DNA of 64,000 nt, from contig CAVSBQ010000002.1 in assembly GCA_963726265.1 (NCBI GenBank), positions 288,001-352,000 of the forward strand, written 5' to 3'. The position numbers and the translations under genes were made by a program. Shown here piece by piece: positions 42,170-51,472 of this stretch. The notes under the pieces were generated by a model. It was given only the letters and a program-made list of their open reading frames with translations. It was not told the DNA's origin and made no database searches. Source of the stretch: Candidatus Aenigmatarchaeota archaeon (lineage in GTDB: Archaea > Aenigmatarchaeota > Aenigmatarchaeia > QMZP01 > QMZT01). Position 1 is the stretch's first letter. Every line of letters begins with the position of its first letter.

Positions 42170-42856
42170 ATGGCGGACGAGAGGGTTGTCAGTTACATAA
42201 TGGACTGCCTGGGCAAGGGGTATGACACGGGATATGTGATAGAGACCCTGACCCAACAGGGCTGGACGCGGCAAGAGATAAGCGATGCCATTGATGTTGT
42301 CCAGGGCAGAGGCAGGCAATACCGTGACCAGCCGCCAAGGCCGCAGATGCAGCCGGAATACGCCAGAACGGACAGGACTGAAAATGCCGCGGAGATGAGG
42401 CCAGCGCAACAGCCGGGATGGAACCAAGGAATGCAGCCGCAACCCCAGCAAGCACAGTCCCAGCAGGCGCCGCCAAGGCCCAAGGGTGTCGTTCTTATAT
42501 CCGTGCTCGGTTTCCTAAGCGCCGCCTTTCTGATCATTTCCGGGATATTCGTGGTGTTCTTTTCCATGCTTTTCGGAGCGCTCCTCGGGGCGGTGGGCGA
42601 AGAGGGCGCAACCGCCGCGGGGATATTCGCTTCTCTTGGCAACATGATTGCCCTGTTTCTTTTCATACTGGGCATAATCGAGCTTGTGGCTTTCTACATG
42701 CTGCTCAAAATGAAAAGGAAGGGCTTCATGCTGGTGACGATACTGATGGCGCTGCAGACAGGGCTCGGAGGCATAACGATGAACGTGCCAGTCGTTATCC
42801 CCTCTGTGATAGTACTCATATACATCCTCATGAAGAGGGACCTTTTCGTGCGCTAG
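42170..42856 (+). CDS. Membrane protein with a small N-terminal helical domain and a Q/P-rich linker
   Basis: YIMDCLGKGY...LTQQGWT, then a QPQPQQAQ linker, RPKGV and about 4 transmembrane helices. Confidence 0.7.
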   Translation: MADERVVSYIMDCLGKGYDTGYVIETLTQQGWTRQEISDAIDVVQGRGRQYRDQPPRPQMQPEYARTDRTENAAEMRPAQQPGWNQGMQPQPQQAQSQQAPPRPKGVVLISVLGFLSAAFLIISGIFVVFFSMLFGALLGAVGEEGATAAGIFASLGNMIALFLFILGIIELVAFYMLLKMKRKGFMLVTILMALQTGLGGITMNVPVVIPSVIVLIYILMKRDLFVR

Positions 42857-42891
42857 GGTCCAACTGGGCCATAGGATTTTTGTTACAACTT

Positions 42892-43539
42892 TTATTTGTG
42901 CGAATGCTTGATGCGTTTTCTCGCCAGCTCGATGACCGCGGGCATGAAGGAAATGATTATGATGGCGATGATGACGAGCGCGAAGTTCTCCTTGACCGCG
43001 GGGATATTGCCGAAGAAGTAGCCGAGCGAAAGGAAGAGCGATACCCATGCGATGCCGCCGGCGATGTTGTATATGATGAAGCGCCTGTAGCTCATGGCGC
43101 CTATGCCCGCGACGAACGGCGCGAACGTGCGCACGATGGGGATGAAGCGCGCGAGCACTATGGTCTTGCCGCCGTGCTTCTCGTAGAATCTGTGGGCGCG
43201 GTCCAGATACGCCCTGTTCATGAAGCGCACGTTTTTCTTCGTGAAGATTTTCGGCCCGATATAGTGGCCGATCCAGTAGTTCACGGTGTCGCCGAGAATC
43301 GCAGCCGCAACAAGCGAGATGAAAAGCGAAAGCAGGTCAAGCGAGCCGAGCGCGGCGAACGCGCCCGCGGCGAACAGCAGCGAATCGCCTGGCAAAAAGG
43401 GAAAGATGACCAGGCCGGTCTCGCAGAAGACCACGCCGAAAAGGATTGCGTATGTCCATGCGCCGAATGCATGGATGAGGAGGCTGAGATACGTGTCGAG
43501 GTGGATCAGAAAGTCAAGCAGGAAAGTTATCGGGTCCAT
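42892..43539 (-). CDS. DedA family membrane protein
   Basis: FCETGL, FLPGDSLLF, GDTVNYWIG and ARFIPIVRTF. Confidence 0.95.
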   Translation of the reverse strand: MDPITFLLDFLIHLDTYLSLLIHAFGAWTYAILFGVVFCETGLVIFPFLPGDSLLFAAGAFAALGSLDLLSLFISLVAAAILGDTVNYWIGHYIGPKIFTKKNVRFMNRAYLDRAHRFYEKHGGKTIVLARFIPIVRTFAPFVAGIGAMSYRRFIIYNIAGGIAWVSLFLSLGYFFGNIPAVKENFALVIIAIIIISFMPAVIELARKRIKHSHK

Positions 43540-43584
43540 ACAAATCAGATAATTCCGGAATATTTAAGCGATTCCAAACGGCTG

Positions 43585-44529
43585 CTAAATGGCCGCGACC
43601 CCGACGCCAAGCAGCCATAAAATCCCGTATCCAGCGAGGCAGCCTGCCGTCAGGAACGGCATCGCCGGATAGAAGCGGTCCTTCTTCGCGAGCATGAGCA
43701 AACCGAGGAGGGCGACTGCGACGATGGCCGGGATTACCAGCGCGTAGGCGAACGCGGACGCCTTCGCAACGCCCGATCTTATCATCGCATCCATCACCAC
43801 GCCCGCGAATATGAGCGGGAAGGCGATGTCGCCGCCGCCGAGGATGGCGTTCTTTACTTCCGTGTCTGTTTCTTCCGTTTCTTCGTCACCTTTCTTGCCT
43901 TTGCCGGCCGCCCTGATTTTGCCCGCGGCTTTCGTCTTGTATGAAAGCATGATGCCCGCGAAGGCGCGGCTCTTGGTCTGGAACTCGGCCAGCGAGACCA
44001 TGTGCCCGGAGCGCCAGACCGCGAACATGTCATACGCGGATATCGCGAACAGGAGGAGCGTGACCCAGAGCACGTCGAGCAGCGGCACGAAGATGACCGC
44101 AATCCCGGGGTAGATGAAAAGCTCGGTCAGGTTGTGCACGTAAATGTTGGGCCTGTATACCTTGAAGAACGCCAGGGCGATGCATATGAGCAGCGCGAGC
44201 GTGTAGTCCATGAAAACCCCGAGCGTTATCGAGCACGTCATCCAGACCGCGAAGAAGAACATGGCCTTCCACAGCCCGAATTTCCTGAACCTTACCAGCA
44301 GGAGTATCAGGCCCGTGCCTATCGCTATCGCGACGAGGACGTAGGCGAAGGTCTCGATGCCCTGGATGTCGGGCCTGTCGCCTATGGCAGTGGTTTCATG
44401 CTCGACCACGATGCCGCCTTCTGGCGTCTGGGTGACGATCGTGTTCGCGTTCACGGCATAGAGGCCGATGGCCTGCGACAGCACGAAAATCAGGACGATG
44501 AGAAGCGTCACAGTGAGGTTGTGTTTCAT
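43585..44529 (-). CDS. Presenilin/SPP-family intramembrane aspartyl protease
   Basis: YD, LGGGD and PAMPF motifs in a hydrophobic protein. Confidence 0.9.
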   Translation of the reverse strand: MKHNLTVTLLIVLIFVLSQAIGLYAVNANTIVTQTPEGGIVVEHETTAIGDRPDIQGIETFAYVLVAIAIGTGLILLLVRFRKFGLWKAMFFFAVWMTCSITLGVFMDYTLALLICIALAFFKVYRPNIYVHNLTELFIYPGIAVIFVPLLDVLWVTLLLFAISAYDMFAVWRSGHMVSLAEFQTKSRAFAGIMLSYKTKAAGKIRAAGKGKKGDEETEETDTEVKNAILGGGDIAFPLIFAGVVMDAMIRSGVAKASAFAYALVIPAIVAVALLGLLMLAKKDRFYPAMPFLTAGCLAGYGILWLLGVGVAAI

Positions 44530-44582
44530 AAAAATACTATGTCATGGAATGCTTATTAAGCACTTTCAACAACAATTATAAT

Positions 44583-45023
44583 ATGGCATTCCTGTCGCCT
44601 TTTGAGCTCGAGCTTATTCTGAAACTGGTCGTTGCAGCGGGGCTTGGCCTGTTAATCGGCTTCGAGAGGGAAATCCATAAGAGGCCCGCTGGCCTGCGCA
44701 CGCATTCGCTGATATGCATGGGAGCGGCGCTGTTCACCGTCCTTTCGATGTCCTTCACAGGCGATTACGTGGACGCCTCGAGAATCGCCGCGGGCGTCGT
44801 GACGGGCATAGGCTTCATAGGCGGCGGCATGATATTCAAATCTGAGGACAGGGTCATCGGCCTGACGACGGCCGCGGAGCTCTGGGTGGTCGGCGCGATA
44901 GGCCTGTCCGTCGGCGTGGGCTATTATTTCGCGGCGGCCGTGACGACTGCGATCGTGCTCTTCATCCTCGTGCCGTTAAAACACATATCCGAGGAAGCGA
45001 GAAGGAAAGCGCTGCTGAAGTAG
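44583..45023 (+). CDS. MgtC/SapB family protein
   Basis: IGFERE, AGLRTH, GIGFIGGG and GLTTAA. Confidence 0.93.
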   Translation: MAFLSPFELELILKLVVAAGLGLLIGFEREIHKRPAGLRTHSLICMGAALFTVLSMSFTGDYVDASRIAAGVVTGIGFIGGGMIFKSEDRVIGLTTAAELWVVGAIGLSVGVGYYFAAAVTTAIVLFILVPLKHISEEARRKALLK

Positions 45024-45098
45024 CATTTTAGTGTTTCTCCATTATCCAAAATTTATTAAACTCAGGATGGCTTGAATATTACATATCGAGGTGTTTTG

Positions 45099-47510
45099 AT
45101 GCTTCCGAAAGACTACGCCTTCCGCGAGAGCGAGCAGAAGTGGCAGAAGTTCTGGGAGCGCGAGGGCGTTTTCAAGTTCAACCCGGACAGCGAGAAGCCG
45201 ATATTCTCGGTCGACACGCCTCCGCCGACGGTCTCGGGGGCGATGCACCTGGGTCACGCGTTCTCATACTCCCAGCAGGACTTCGTAATCCGTTTCAAGC
45301 GCATGCGCGGCTTCGAGGTTTTCTATCCCTTCGGCACGGACGACAACGGCCTCGCGACCATACGCCTCGTCGAGAAGACGACGGGCAAGAAGGAGAAGTT
45401 CATGAGCAGGAAGGAGTTCATTGCCCTGGTCCTTGAAACCCTGAAGGGCATACGCCCGCAATACATACATGACTGGAAGCGCATAGGCCTCAGCTGTGAC
45501 TGGTCGGTTTACTACACGACAATCGATGACCACTGCCGACGCATCTCGCAGAAATCGTTCATCGACCTCTACAGGGCTGGCAGGATTTATCGGAAGCGGA
45601 CGCCGTTCATGTGGTGCCCCGAATGTCGCACGTCGATTGCACAGGTCGAGCTCAAGGACGAGGAGAAGGAATCGAGGTTCGTTTACATGAAATTCGACAC
45701 GTCCATCGGCGAGCCTATCGTCATCGCCACGACGAGGCCCGAGCTCCTGCCCGCGTGCATCATGCTTCACGTCCACCCGCAGGACGAGCGCTACAAAAAA
45801 TTCATAGGCGCGAAGGCGAAAATCCCCTTCTTCAACCGCGAGGTCAGCATAATGGCCAACCCGGACGTCGACCCGGCCTTCGGGAGCGGGGCTGTCTATC
45901 ACTGCACGTTCGGCGACATGGACGACGTCGAGTGGATGGAGAAGTTCAGGATTCCTCCGATAGAGATAATGGGCAAGGACGGCAGGCTCAACGAGCTCGC
46001 CGGCAGATACGCTGGCATGAATTCCCACGAGGCGAGGAACGCGATAATCGACGACATGAAGGCGGAGAACAGGATAGAGAAGATCGACAAGATAAACCAC
46101 GTCGTGAACACGCACGAGAGGTGCGGCACGGAAATCGAAATCCTCATGACGGAGCAGTGGTTCATCCGCTACCTCGATTTGAAAAGGAAGTTCCTGCAGG
46201 CGGGAAAGCAGATGAACTGGCATCCGGCGTTCATGCGCTCGCGCTTCGACAACTGGATAAAGGGCCTGAAATGGGACTGGAACCTTTCCCGCCAGCGCAG
46301 TTTCGGCGTTCCCATACCCGTGTGGTTCTGCGAAAAATGCGGGGAGATAATGCTTCCCGAAGAAACCGACCTGCCAACGGACCCGACAACCGACAAGCCA
46401 AGGCACGCGTGCAACTGCGGTTCGCGCTCGTTCCGAGGCGACCCCGATGTCCTGGACACGTGGGCCACGTCGTCGCTGACGCCGCAGATCGCTGCTTCGC
46501 TTTTCCCGCAGCTTTACGCCAGGCTTTATCCCATGTCGCTGCGGCCGCAGGCGCACGACATCATAACGTTCTGGCTGTTCAACACGGTCGTGAAGTCGCA
46601 GATGCACAACAATGCGAACCCGTGGAAGGACATAATGATTTCGGGCTGGGCGCTCGACCCGAAGGGCAAGAAGATGAGCAAATCGAAAGGCAATGCCGTC
46701 GAACCGCAGAGTCTTATTGAAAAATACGGGGCCGACTGCCTGCGCTTCTGGGCGGCCGGCTCGAAGCTGGGCGAGGACCTGCCCTACATGGAGAAAGACC
46801 TGGTCACCGGCAGCAAGTTCATGACGAAGCTCTGGAACGCCTCGAAGTTCGTGCTCATGCATCTCCAGGGCTGCGAGCCGGAAAGGCCGGAAAAGCTGTC
46901 CGAAATAGACAAGTGGCTGCTTTCGAAAATCAGCATCATCATAAAGGAGTCGACGGCGTCGTTCGAGAAATACGAATATTCGAAGGCGAAGATGGAGGTC
47001 GAGAATTTCTTCTGGCACACGTTCTGCGACTACTATCTGGAAATCGCGAAAGACAGGCTCTACAACCCGCAGGGTTACGAGGCATGGGAGATCGCCTCCG
47101 CAAGATACACGCTTCACTACGTCCTGAATGCCGTAATCAAGCTCATCGCTCCCATCATGCCTCACGTGACGGAAGAGATATACCAGCACTATTTCAGCGA
47201 AATCGAAAACTGCAAAAGCATCCACGTATCAAAATGGCCGGCATTCGACCCGTCGCTCGTGGACAGGAAGGCGGAGAAGGCGGGCGACATCGCGGTCGAC
47301 GTCATCGCAGCTATCAGGAAGTTCAAGTCCGCGAACGCGATGGCCATGAACCAGGCGCTGAGCTACGCGGCCGTCGGCTCGAGCGCGCTCAGGCCCGTGC
47401 TGAAGGACATCCAGAAAACCATGAAAATCGGGAGCATGAGGCTTGCGAAGCCGAAGGCGAAGACCATCGAAACGGAGAAGTTCAAGCTCGCGCTGGAAAT
47501 AACGAAATGA
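45099..47510 (+). CDS. valS: Valyl-tRNA synthetase
   Basis: DTPPPTVSG, HLGH, TTRPEL, CTFGD, WDWNLSRQR, DTWATSS and KMSKS. Confidence 0.97.
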   Translation: MLPKDYAFRESEQKWQKFWEREGVFKFNPDSEKPIFSVDTPPPTVSGAMHLGHAFSYSQQDFVIRFKRMRGFEVFYPFGTDDNGLATIRLVEKTTGKKEKFMSRKEFIALVLETLKGIRPQYIHDWKRIGLSCDWSVYYTTIDDHCRRISQKSFIDLYRAGRIYRKRTPFMWCPECRTSIAQVELKDEEKESRFVYMKFDTSIGEPIVIATTRPELLPACIMLHVHPQDERYKKFIGAKAKIPFFNREVSIMANPDVDPAFGSGAVYHCTFGDMDDVEWMEKFRIPPIEIMGKDGRLNELAGRYAGMNSHEARNAIIDDMKAENRIEKIDKINHVVNTHERCGTEIEILMTEQWFIRYLDLKRKFLQAGKQMNWHPAFMRSRFDNWIKGLKWDWNLSRQRSFGVPIPVWFCEKCGEIMLPEETDLPTDPTTDKPRHACNCGSRSFRGDPDVLDTWATSSLTPQIAASLFPQLYARLYPMSLRPQAHDIITFWLFNTVVKSQMHNNANPWKDIMISGWALDPKGKKMSKSKGNAVEPQSLIEKYGADCLRFWAAGSKLGEDLPYMEKDLVTGSKFMTKLWNASKFVLMHLQGCEPERPEKLSEIDKWLLSKISIIIKESTASFEKYEYSKAKMEVENFFWHTFCDYYLEIAKDRLYNPQGYEAWEIASARYTLHYVLNAVIKLIAPIMPHVTEEIYQHYFSEIENCKSIHVSKWPAFDPSLVDRKAEKAGDIAVDVIAAIRKFKSANAMAMNQALSYAAVGSSALRPVLKDIQKTMKIGSMRLAKPKAKTIETEKFKLALEITK

Positions 47511-47538
47511 TTTAAAACCAGCCCTGACAAATTTAAGC

Positions 47539-47916
47539 ATGAAGCTGGCTGCGATTGCGCTCTGCGTTTTTCTTGCAATTCTTCTTTTGAGCCAGCCTGT
47601 GCACGCCGACGGCCCGGCCTGCAGCGAGGGGGAGCGCAGGGTATGCGGCTCGAACGTCGGCGTATGCGAAGCCGGGAGGTCAACCTGCAAGGACGGCGTG
47701 TGGGGCGCGTGCGAGGGCGGGACCGGTCCCATGCCGAACGAGGTGTGCGGCAACTCGCTGGACGACAACTGTGACGGAGCGGTGGACGAGGACTGCTTCC
47801 CCTGGCTTTCGCTGGTCCTAGTGGGCATGGGCATGCTCTTCATAGGCATTGGCCTCCTTTACATACAAAAAGGGAAGGGTGAGCGCATGCTCAGGGAAAG
47901 GGTCAGCAAGGACTAA
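47539..47916 (+). CDS. Cys-rich cell-surface protein with a 'putative metal-binding' (MopE-related) repeat
   Basis: Signal peptide; CGSNVGVCEAG...WGAC...EVCGNSLDDNCDGAVDEDC; C-terminal transmembrane anchor. Confidence 0.75.
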   Translation: MKLAAIALCVFLAILLLSQPVHADGPACSEGERRVCGSNVGVCEAGRSTCKDGVWGACEGGTGPMPNEVCGNSLDDNCDGAVDEDCFPWLSLVLVGMGMLFIGIGLLYIQKGKGERMLRERVSKD

Positions 47917-48077
47917 ATAAAACGCTTAAAAACGAGTGATGCCGCCTGTTTCTGGCCAAAATCTTTATAAAGTCATATTTATATATAAATCCTTTATACA
48001 ATACTGTATAAAACTCTCTGGCCCAAGAAGGCCGGATTGTATGTTCAAAATACAGGAAGTTTGAAAGGAGGGAGAAA

Positions 48078-49349
48078 ATGGCAGAAAAGCCGCACATCAA
48101 CATAATAACATCAGGTCACGTAGACCATGGTAAGTCGACCCTTATAGGCCGACTTCTATATGACTCCGGAGCCATACCCGAGCAGGAAATGAGGAAGCTC
48201 AAGGAGAAGGCAAAGGAACTCAAGAAGGAGACGTTCGAGTTCGCTTTCGTCATGGACAACCTGAAGGAAGAGCGAGAACGCGGCGTCACCATCGACCTCA
48301 TGCACAAGGAGTTCGAGACGCACAAGTTCTACTTTACCATTATCGACTGCCCCGGCCACAGGGACTTCGTCAAGAACATGATTACGGGAGCGAGTCAGGC
48401 AGATGCCGCGATACTCGTGGTCTCGGCGAAGGACGGCGTGCAGGAGCAGACCAGAGAACACTTGTACCTTGCGAAGGTCCTAGGCATCAACCAGATCGTG
48501 GTTGCGGTAAACAAGATGGACGCAGTCAGCTACGACAAGGCTGCCTATGAAAAGACCAAGACCGAGGTAGGCAAGCTGCTGCAGACGCTTGGCTACAAGC
48601 TCGACAAGATACCGATGGTTGCCTGCTCTGCATACGTGGGAGACAATGTTTTCAAGAAATCGACGAACATGTCCTGGTATACGGGCCCGACCCTTATCGA
48701 GGCGCTGGACCAGACAATCGTCGCCCCGGAGAAGCCGGTGCACAAGCCGCTCAGGCTTCCTGTGCAGGACGTCTTCACCATAACCGGCGTGGGAACGGTC
48801 CCTGTCGGAAGAGTCGAAACGGGCGTGCTCAAGCCGGGGGACAAGCTGATATTCGAGCCGTCCGGAGCACAGGCCGAGGTGAAATCGATAGAGATGCACC
48901 ACAAGCAGCTCCAGAAGGCGGAGCCGGGAGACAACATCGGCTTCAACGTGAGGGGCATCGGCAAGACCGATGTCAAGCGCGGCGATGTCGCAGGCCACCC
49001 GAACAACCCGCCGACCGTAGTGAAGGAGTTCACGGCGCAGATAATCGTGCTCCAGCATCCGACGGTCCTTACGAAGGGTTATACGCCCGTGTTCCACTGC
49101 CACACGGCGCACATGGCAGGCAAGATAATCGAGCTCGTCAAGAAACTCGACCCGAAGACCGGCGCAGTCCTTCAGGAGCACCCGGACATGCTGAAGCCTG
49201 GGGACGCCGCGATAATCAAGGTTCAGCCAACGGCGCCGTTAGTCGTCGAGAAGCAGTCAGAGTTCCCGGAGCTTGCGAAGTTCGCGATCCGTGACATGGG
49301 CAAGACCATCGCAGCGGGCATCGTAATCGATCTCGTGAAGGCGAAGTAA
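48078..49349 (+). CDS. tuf: Translation elongation factor EF-1alpha
   Basis: [37 protein letters not shown] and FAIRDMG. GGAGG ribosome-binding site. Confidence 0.99.
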   Translation: MAEKPHINIITSGHVDHGKSTLIGRLLYDSGAIPEQEMRKLKEKAKELKKETFEFAFVMDNLKEERERGVTIDLMHKEFETHKFYFTIIDCPGHRDFVKNMITGASQADAAILVVSAKDGVQEQTREHLYLAKVLGINQIVVAVNKMDAVSYDKAAYEKTKTEVGKLLQTLGYKLDKIPMVACSAYVGDNVFKKSTNMSWYTGPTLIEALDQTIVAPEKPVHKPLRLPVQDVFTITGVGTVPVGRVETGVLKPGDKLIFEPSGAQAEVKSIEMHHKQLQKAEPGDNIGFNVRGIGKTDVKRGDVAGHPNNPPTVVKEFTAQIIVLQHPTVLTKGYTPVFHCHTAHMAGKIIELVKKLDPKTGAVLQEHPDMLKPGDAAIIKVQPTAPLVVEKQSEFPELAKFAIRDMGKTIAAGIVIDLVKAK

Positions 49350-49453
49350 TTTCATATTTCGCCTTCCGTTCTTTTTCTTTTATTTTACCTCCCAGCGTAA
49401 GCTCGGTCTTTGCAGGCTTGATTTTTAAAAACAACCGATTCATATAATTCTCT

Positions 49454-50185
49454 ATGAAGCCTGCGGACGTCTGCGAGAAGATAGAAAACTGGCTGCGCGC
49501 GAAAGTCGACGAAGCCGGCGCAAGCGGCGTCGTCATAGGCATGAGCGGCGGCATCGATTCGTCCGTCACGGCCGCGCTAGCGAAGCGCGCGCTCGGCGGC
49601 AGGAAGGTGTTAGGCCTGATTCTGCCGTGCGACTCGAACCCGAAAGACGCGGAAACCGCGAAAGCGCTTGCCAAAAAGTTCGGCATCAGCGTGCAGGAAA
49701 GCGACCTCACCTACGCCTACAACGATATGAGGAAAACGCTTGCGGCGACTGACACGAAAGCGCTGGGCAACATCAAGGCGAGGCTCAGGATGGCCGCGCT
49801 TTATTATTTCGCGAACGTAGGCAATTACCTCGTCCTCGGCACTTCGAACAAGTCGGAAATCGCGACCGGCTATTTCACCAAGCACGGCGACGCGGCATGC
49901 GACCTTTCGCCTATCGGCGGCCTCTACAAGACGCAGGTCTTCGAGCTTGCAAAACACCTGGAAATCCCGAAGGAAATAATCGAGGCGACGCCGACCGCTG
50001 GCCTCTGGGAAGGCCAGACCGACGAGCAGGAAATCGGGATGAGCTACGCGGCGCTCGACGCGATTCTCAGGACGGCGGAAAGAAACAAGGACGTCGGGGC
50101 CGACAGGAAAAAAATCGAGAGAGTCATGGAGCTGGTGAAGAAGTCCGTCCACAAGAGGCAGCTGCCGGAAGTGTGCAGGATATAA
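49454..50185 (+). CDS. nadE: NH3-dependent NAD+ synthetase
   Basis: SGGIDS, NIKARLRM, GTSNKSE, GYFTKHGD and PTAGLWEGQTDE. No glutaminase domain. Confidence 0.95.
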   Translation: MKPADVCEKIENWLRAKVDEAGASGVVIGMSGGIDSSVTAALAKRALGGRKVLGLILPCDSNPKDAETAKALAKKFGISVQESDLTYAYNDMRKTLAATDTKALGNIKARLRMAALYYFANVGNYLVLGTSNKSEIATGYFTKHGDAACDLSPIGGLYKTQVFELAKHLEIPKEIIEATPTAGLWEGQTDEQEIGMSYAALDAILRTAERNKDVGADRKKIERVMELVKKSVHKRQLPEVCRI

Positions 50186-50242
50186 TTTTCATTTTGCCCG
50201 GAGGCCCCGATATTTAAGCGGGCAAAAACCAATATTAAATTA

Positions 50243-50791
50243 ATGAAAACGCAATTATTGCTGGCGATTTTTATAATAGGAGCTGTCTTCATAAGCGGCT
50301 GCACCTCAGGACCGAGCTGCCCGACATGTCAAACCGCAAGCTCGTGGTCTGCGTGCGATGAGAACGCAATGAAGACGAGGACCAACTACAAGTGCAGTTC
50401 GGACACCAGCTACGAATGCCAGAGCTACACGGAGCAGCAGGCATGCAAGACCGATATGAACCTGAAGGGAAGCAAGAATCTTGACGTTACGCTGTCTCCC
50501 ACGCTGGATGAAATAGTTAAGGGAACGCTCAAGATTTCCATCAACGCGATACCTTCGGAGGGGAACAAGATATGGGTCCTGCTGACTCCCCAAGGAAGCA
50601 GCGGCGGTGATCCGTTCAGCACCCCGAACACCATCCTACAGACGACCGATGCAGAGGTCGGGAAATCGGTATACATAGATACCACGAAAGTCGCGAATGG
50701 CGTCTATAACATCGGAGTCATGACGACTTCAAACCCGAGCGGCGCCCCGTGGACGGACGTAGTCCAGACCCAGCTTGTGGTCGAAAACTAG
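50243..50791 (+). CDS. Putative lipoprotein, Cys-rich with an Ig-like tail
   Basis: Lipobox-like ISGC after a hydrophobic stretch; CPTC...WSAC; IDTTKVANGVY. Confidence 0.7.
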   Translation: MKTQLLLAIFIIGAVFISGCTSGPSCPTCQTASSWSACDENAMKTRTNYKCSSDTSYECQSYTEQQACKTDMNLKGSKNLDVTLSPTLDEIVKGTLKISINAIPSEGNKIWVLLTPQGSSGGDPFSTPNTILQTTDAEVGKSVYIDTTKVANGVYNIGVMTTSNPSGAPWTDVVQTQLVVEN

Positions 50792-50905
50792 CCATTCGAT
50801 TTCGATTTTTTTCGTTTTCTTTTGATTTTTAATTTTATGGCAGCAGTTAAAAGTTCGATTGAATCCTGAAGCAAAACTTATTTTAAACGGAAACAATAAA
50901 GGCGC

Positions 50906-51454
50906 ATGAAGCTGGGGAAAACGCTTTACGTGACGGAACGAAGGGAATGGCGCGCGTGGCTCGCCAAGCATCACTCCATCGAAAGGGAAATCTGGCTGGT
51001 GTTCTACAACAAGCAGTCCGGCAAGCCCAACATGCCCTACAACGACGCGGTCGAGGAAGCGCTCTGCTTCGGCTGGATTGACAGCACCGTCAAAAAGGTC
51101 GATGAAGAGCGAAGGGCGCAGCGCTTCACGCCCCGCAGAAAGAACAGCCCGGTCTCGGAAATGAACAAGGAGCGCGCGAGGCGCATGATAAAGGCCGGTC
51201 TGATGACGAAAGCCGGGCTCGCCGTATTGGGCGACATATCCGCGCGAAGCTTCGCCTTCCCTGCCGATATCATTTCCGCGCTAAAGGCCGATGAGCAGGT
51301 GTGGAAAAATTTCAAGAATTTCCCCGAGAGTTACAGGATGATCCGCATCGGCTACATCGACGGCGCGAGGGAGCGCCCGAAAGAGTTTAGGAAGCGCCTC
51401 TCTTACTTCATGAAGATGACCGCGAAGAACAAGAAGTTCGGGATGGTGCAGTGA
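50906..51454 (+). CDS. YdeI/OmpD-associated family protein
   Basis: WRAWL, EIWL, EALCFGWIDS and FTPRR. Confidence 0.9.
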   Translation: MKLGKTLYVTERREWRAWLAKHHSIEREIWLVFYNKQSGKPNMPYNDAVEEALCFGWIDSTVKKVDEERRAQRFTPRRKNSPVSEMNKERARRMIKAGLMTKAGLAVLGDISARSFAFPADIISALKADEQVWKNFKNFPESYRMIRIGYIDGARERPKEFRKRLSYFMKMTAKNKKFGMVQ

Positions 51455-51472
51455 TTTTGCAGCCAGAAAATT

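Noticed and set aside
45264..47225. 653-aa antisense ORF over valS, and many similar long shadow ORFs (for example 1336-2451, 5711-6934, 42418-43620, 60306-61550)
   Set aside because: They overlap well-conserved genes on the opposite strand or in another frame, have no motifs, and are expected from GC-rich codon bias.
47975..48015. Palindromes upstream of tuf (ATTTATATATAAAT and TTTATACA-N4-TGTATAAA)
   Set aside because: Low-complexity AT-rich promoter DNA that is adequately explained as TATA elements of a strong promoter.
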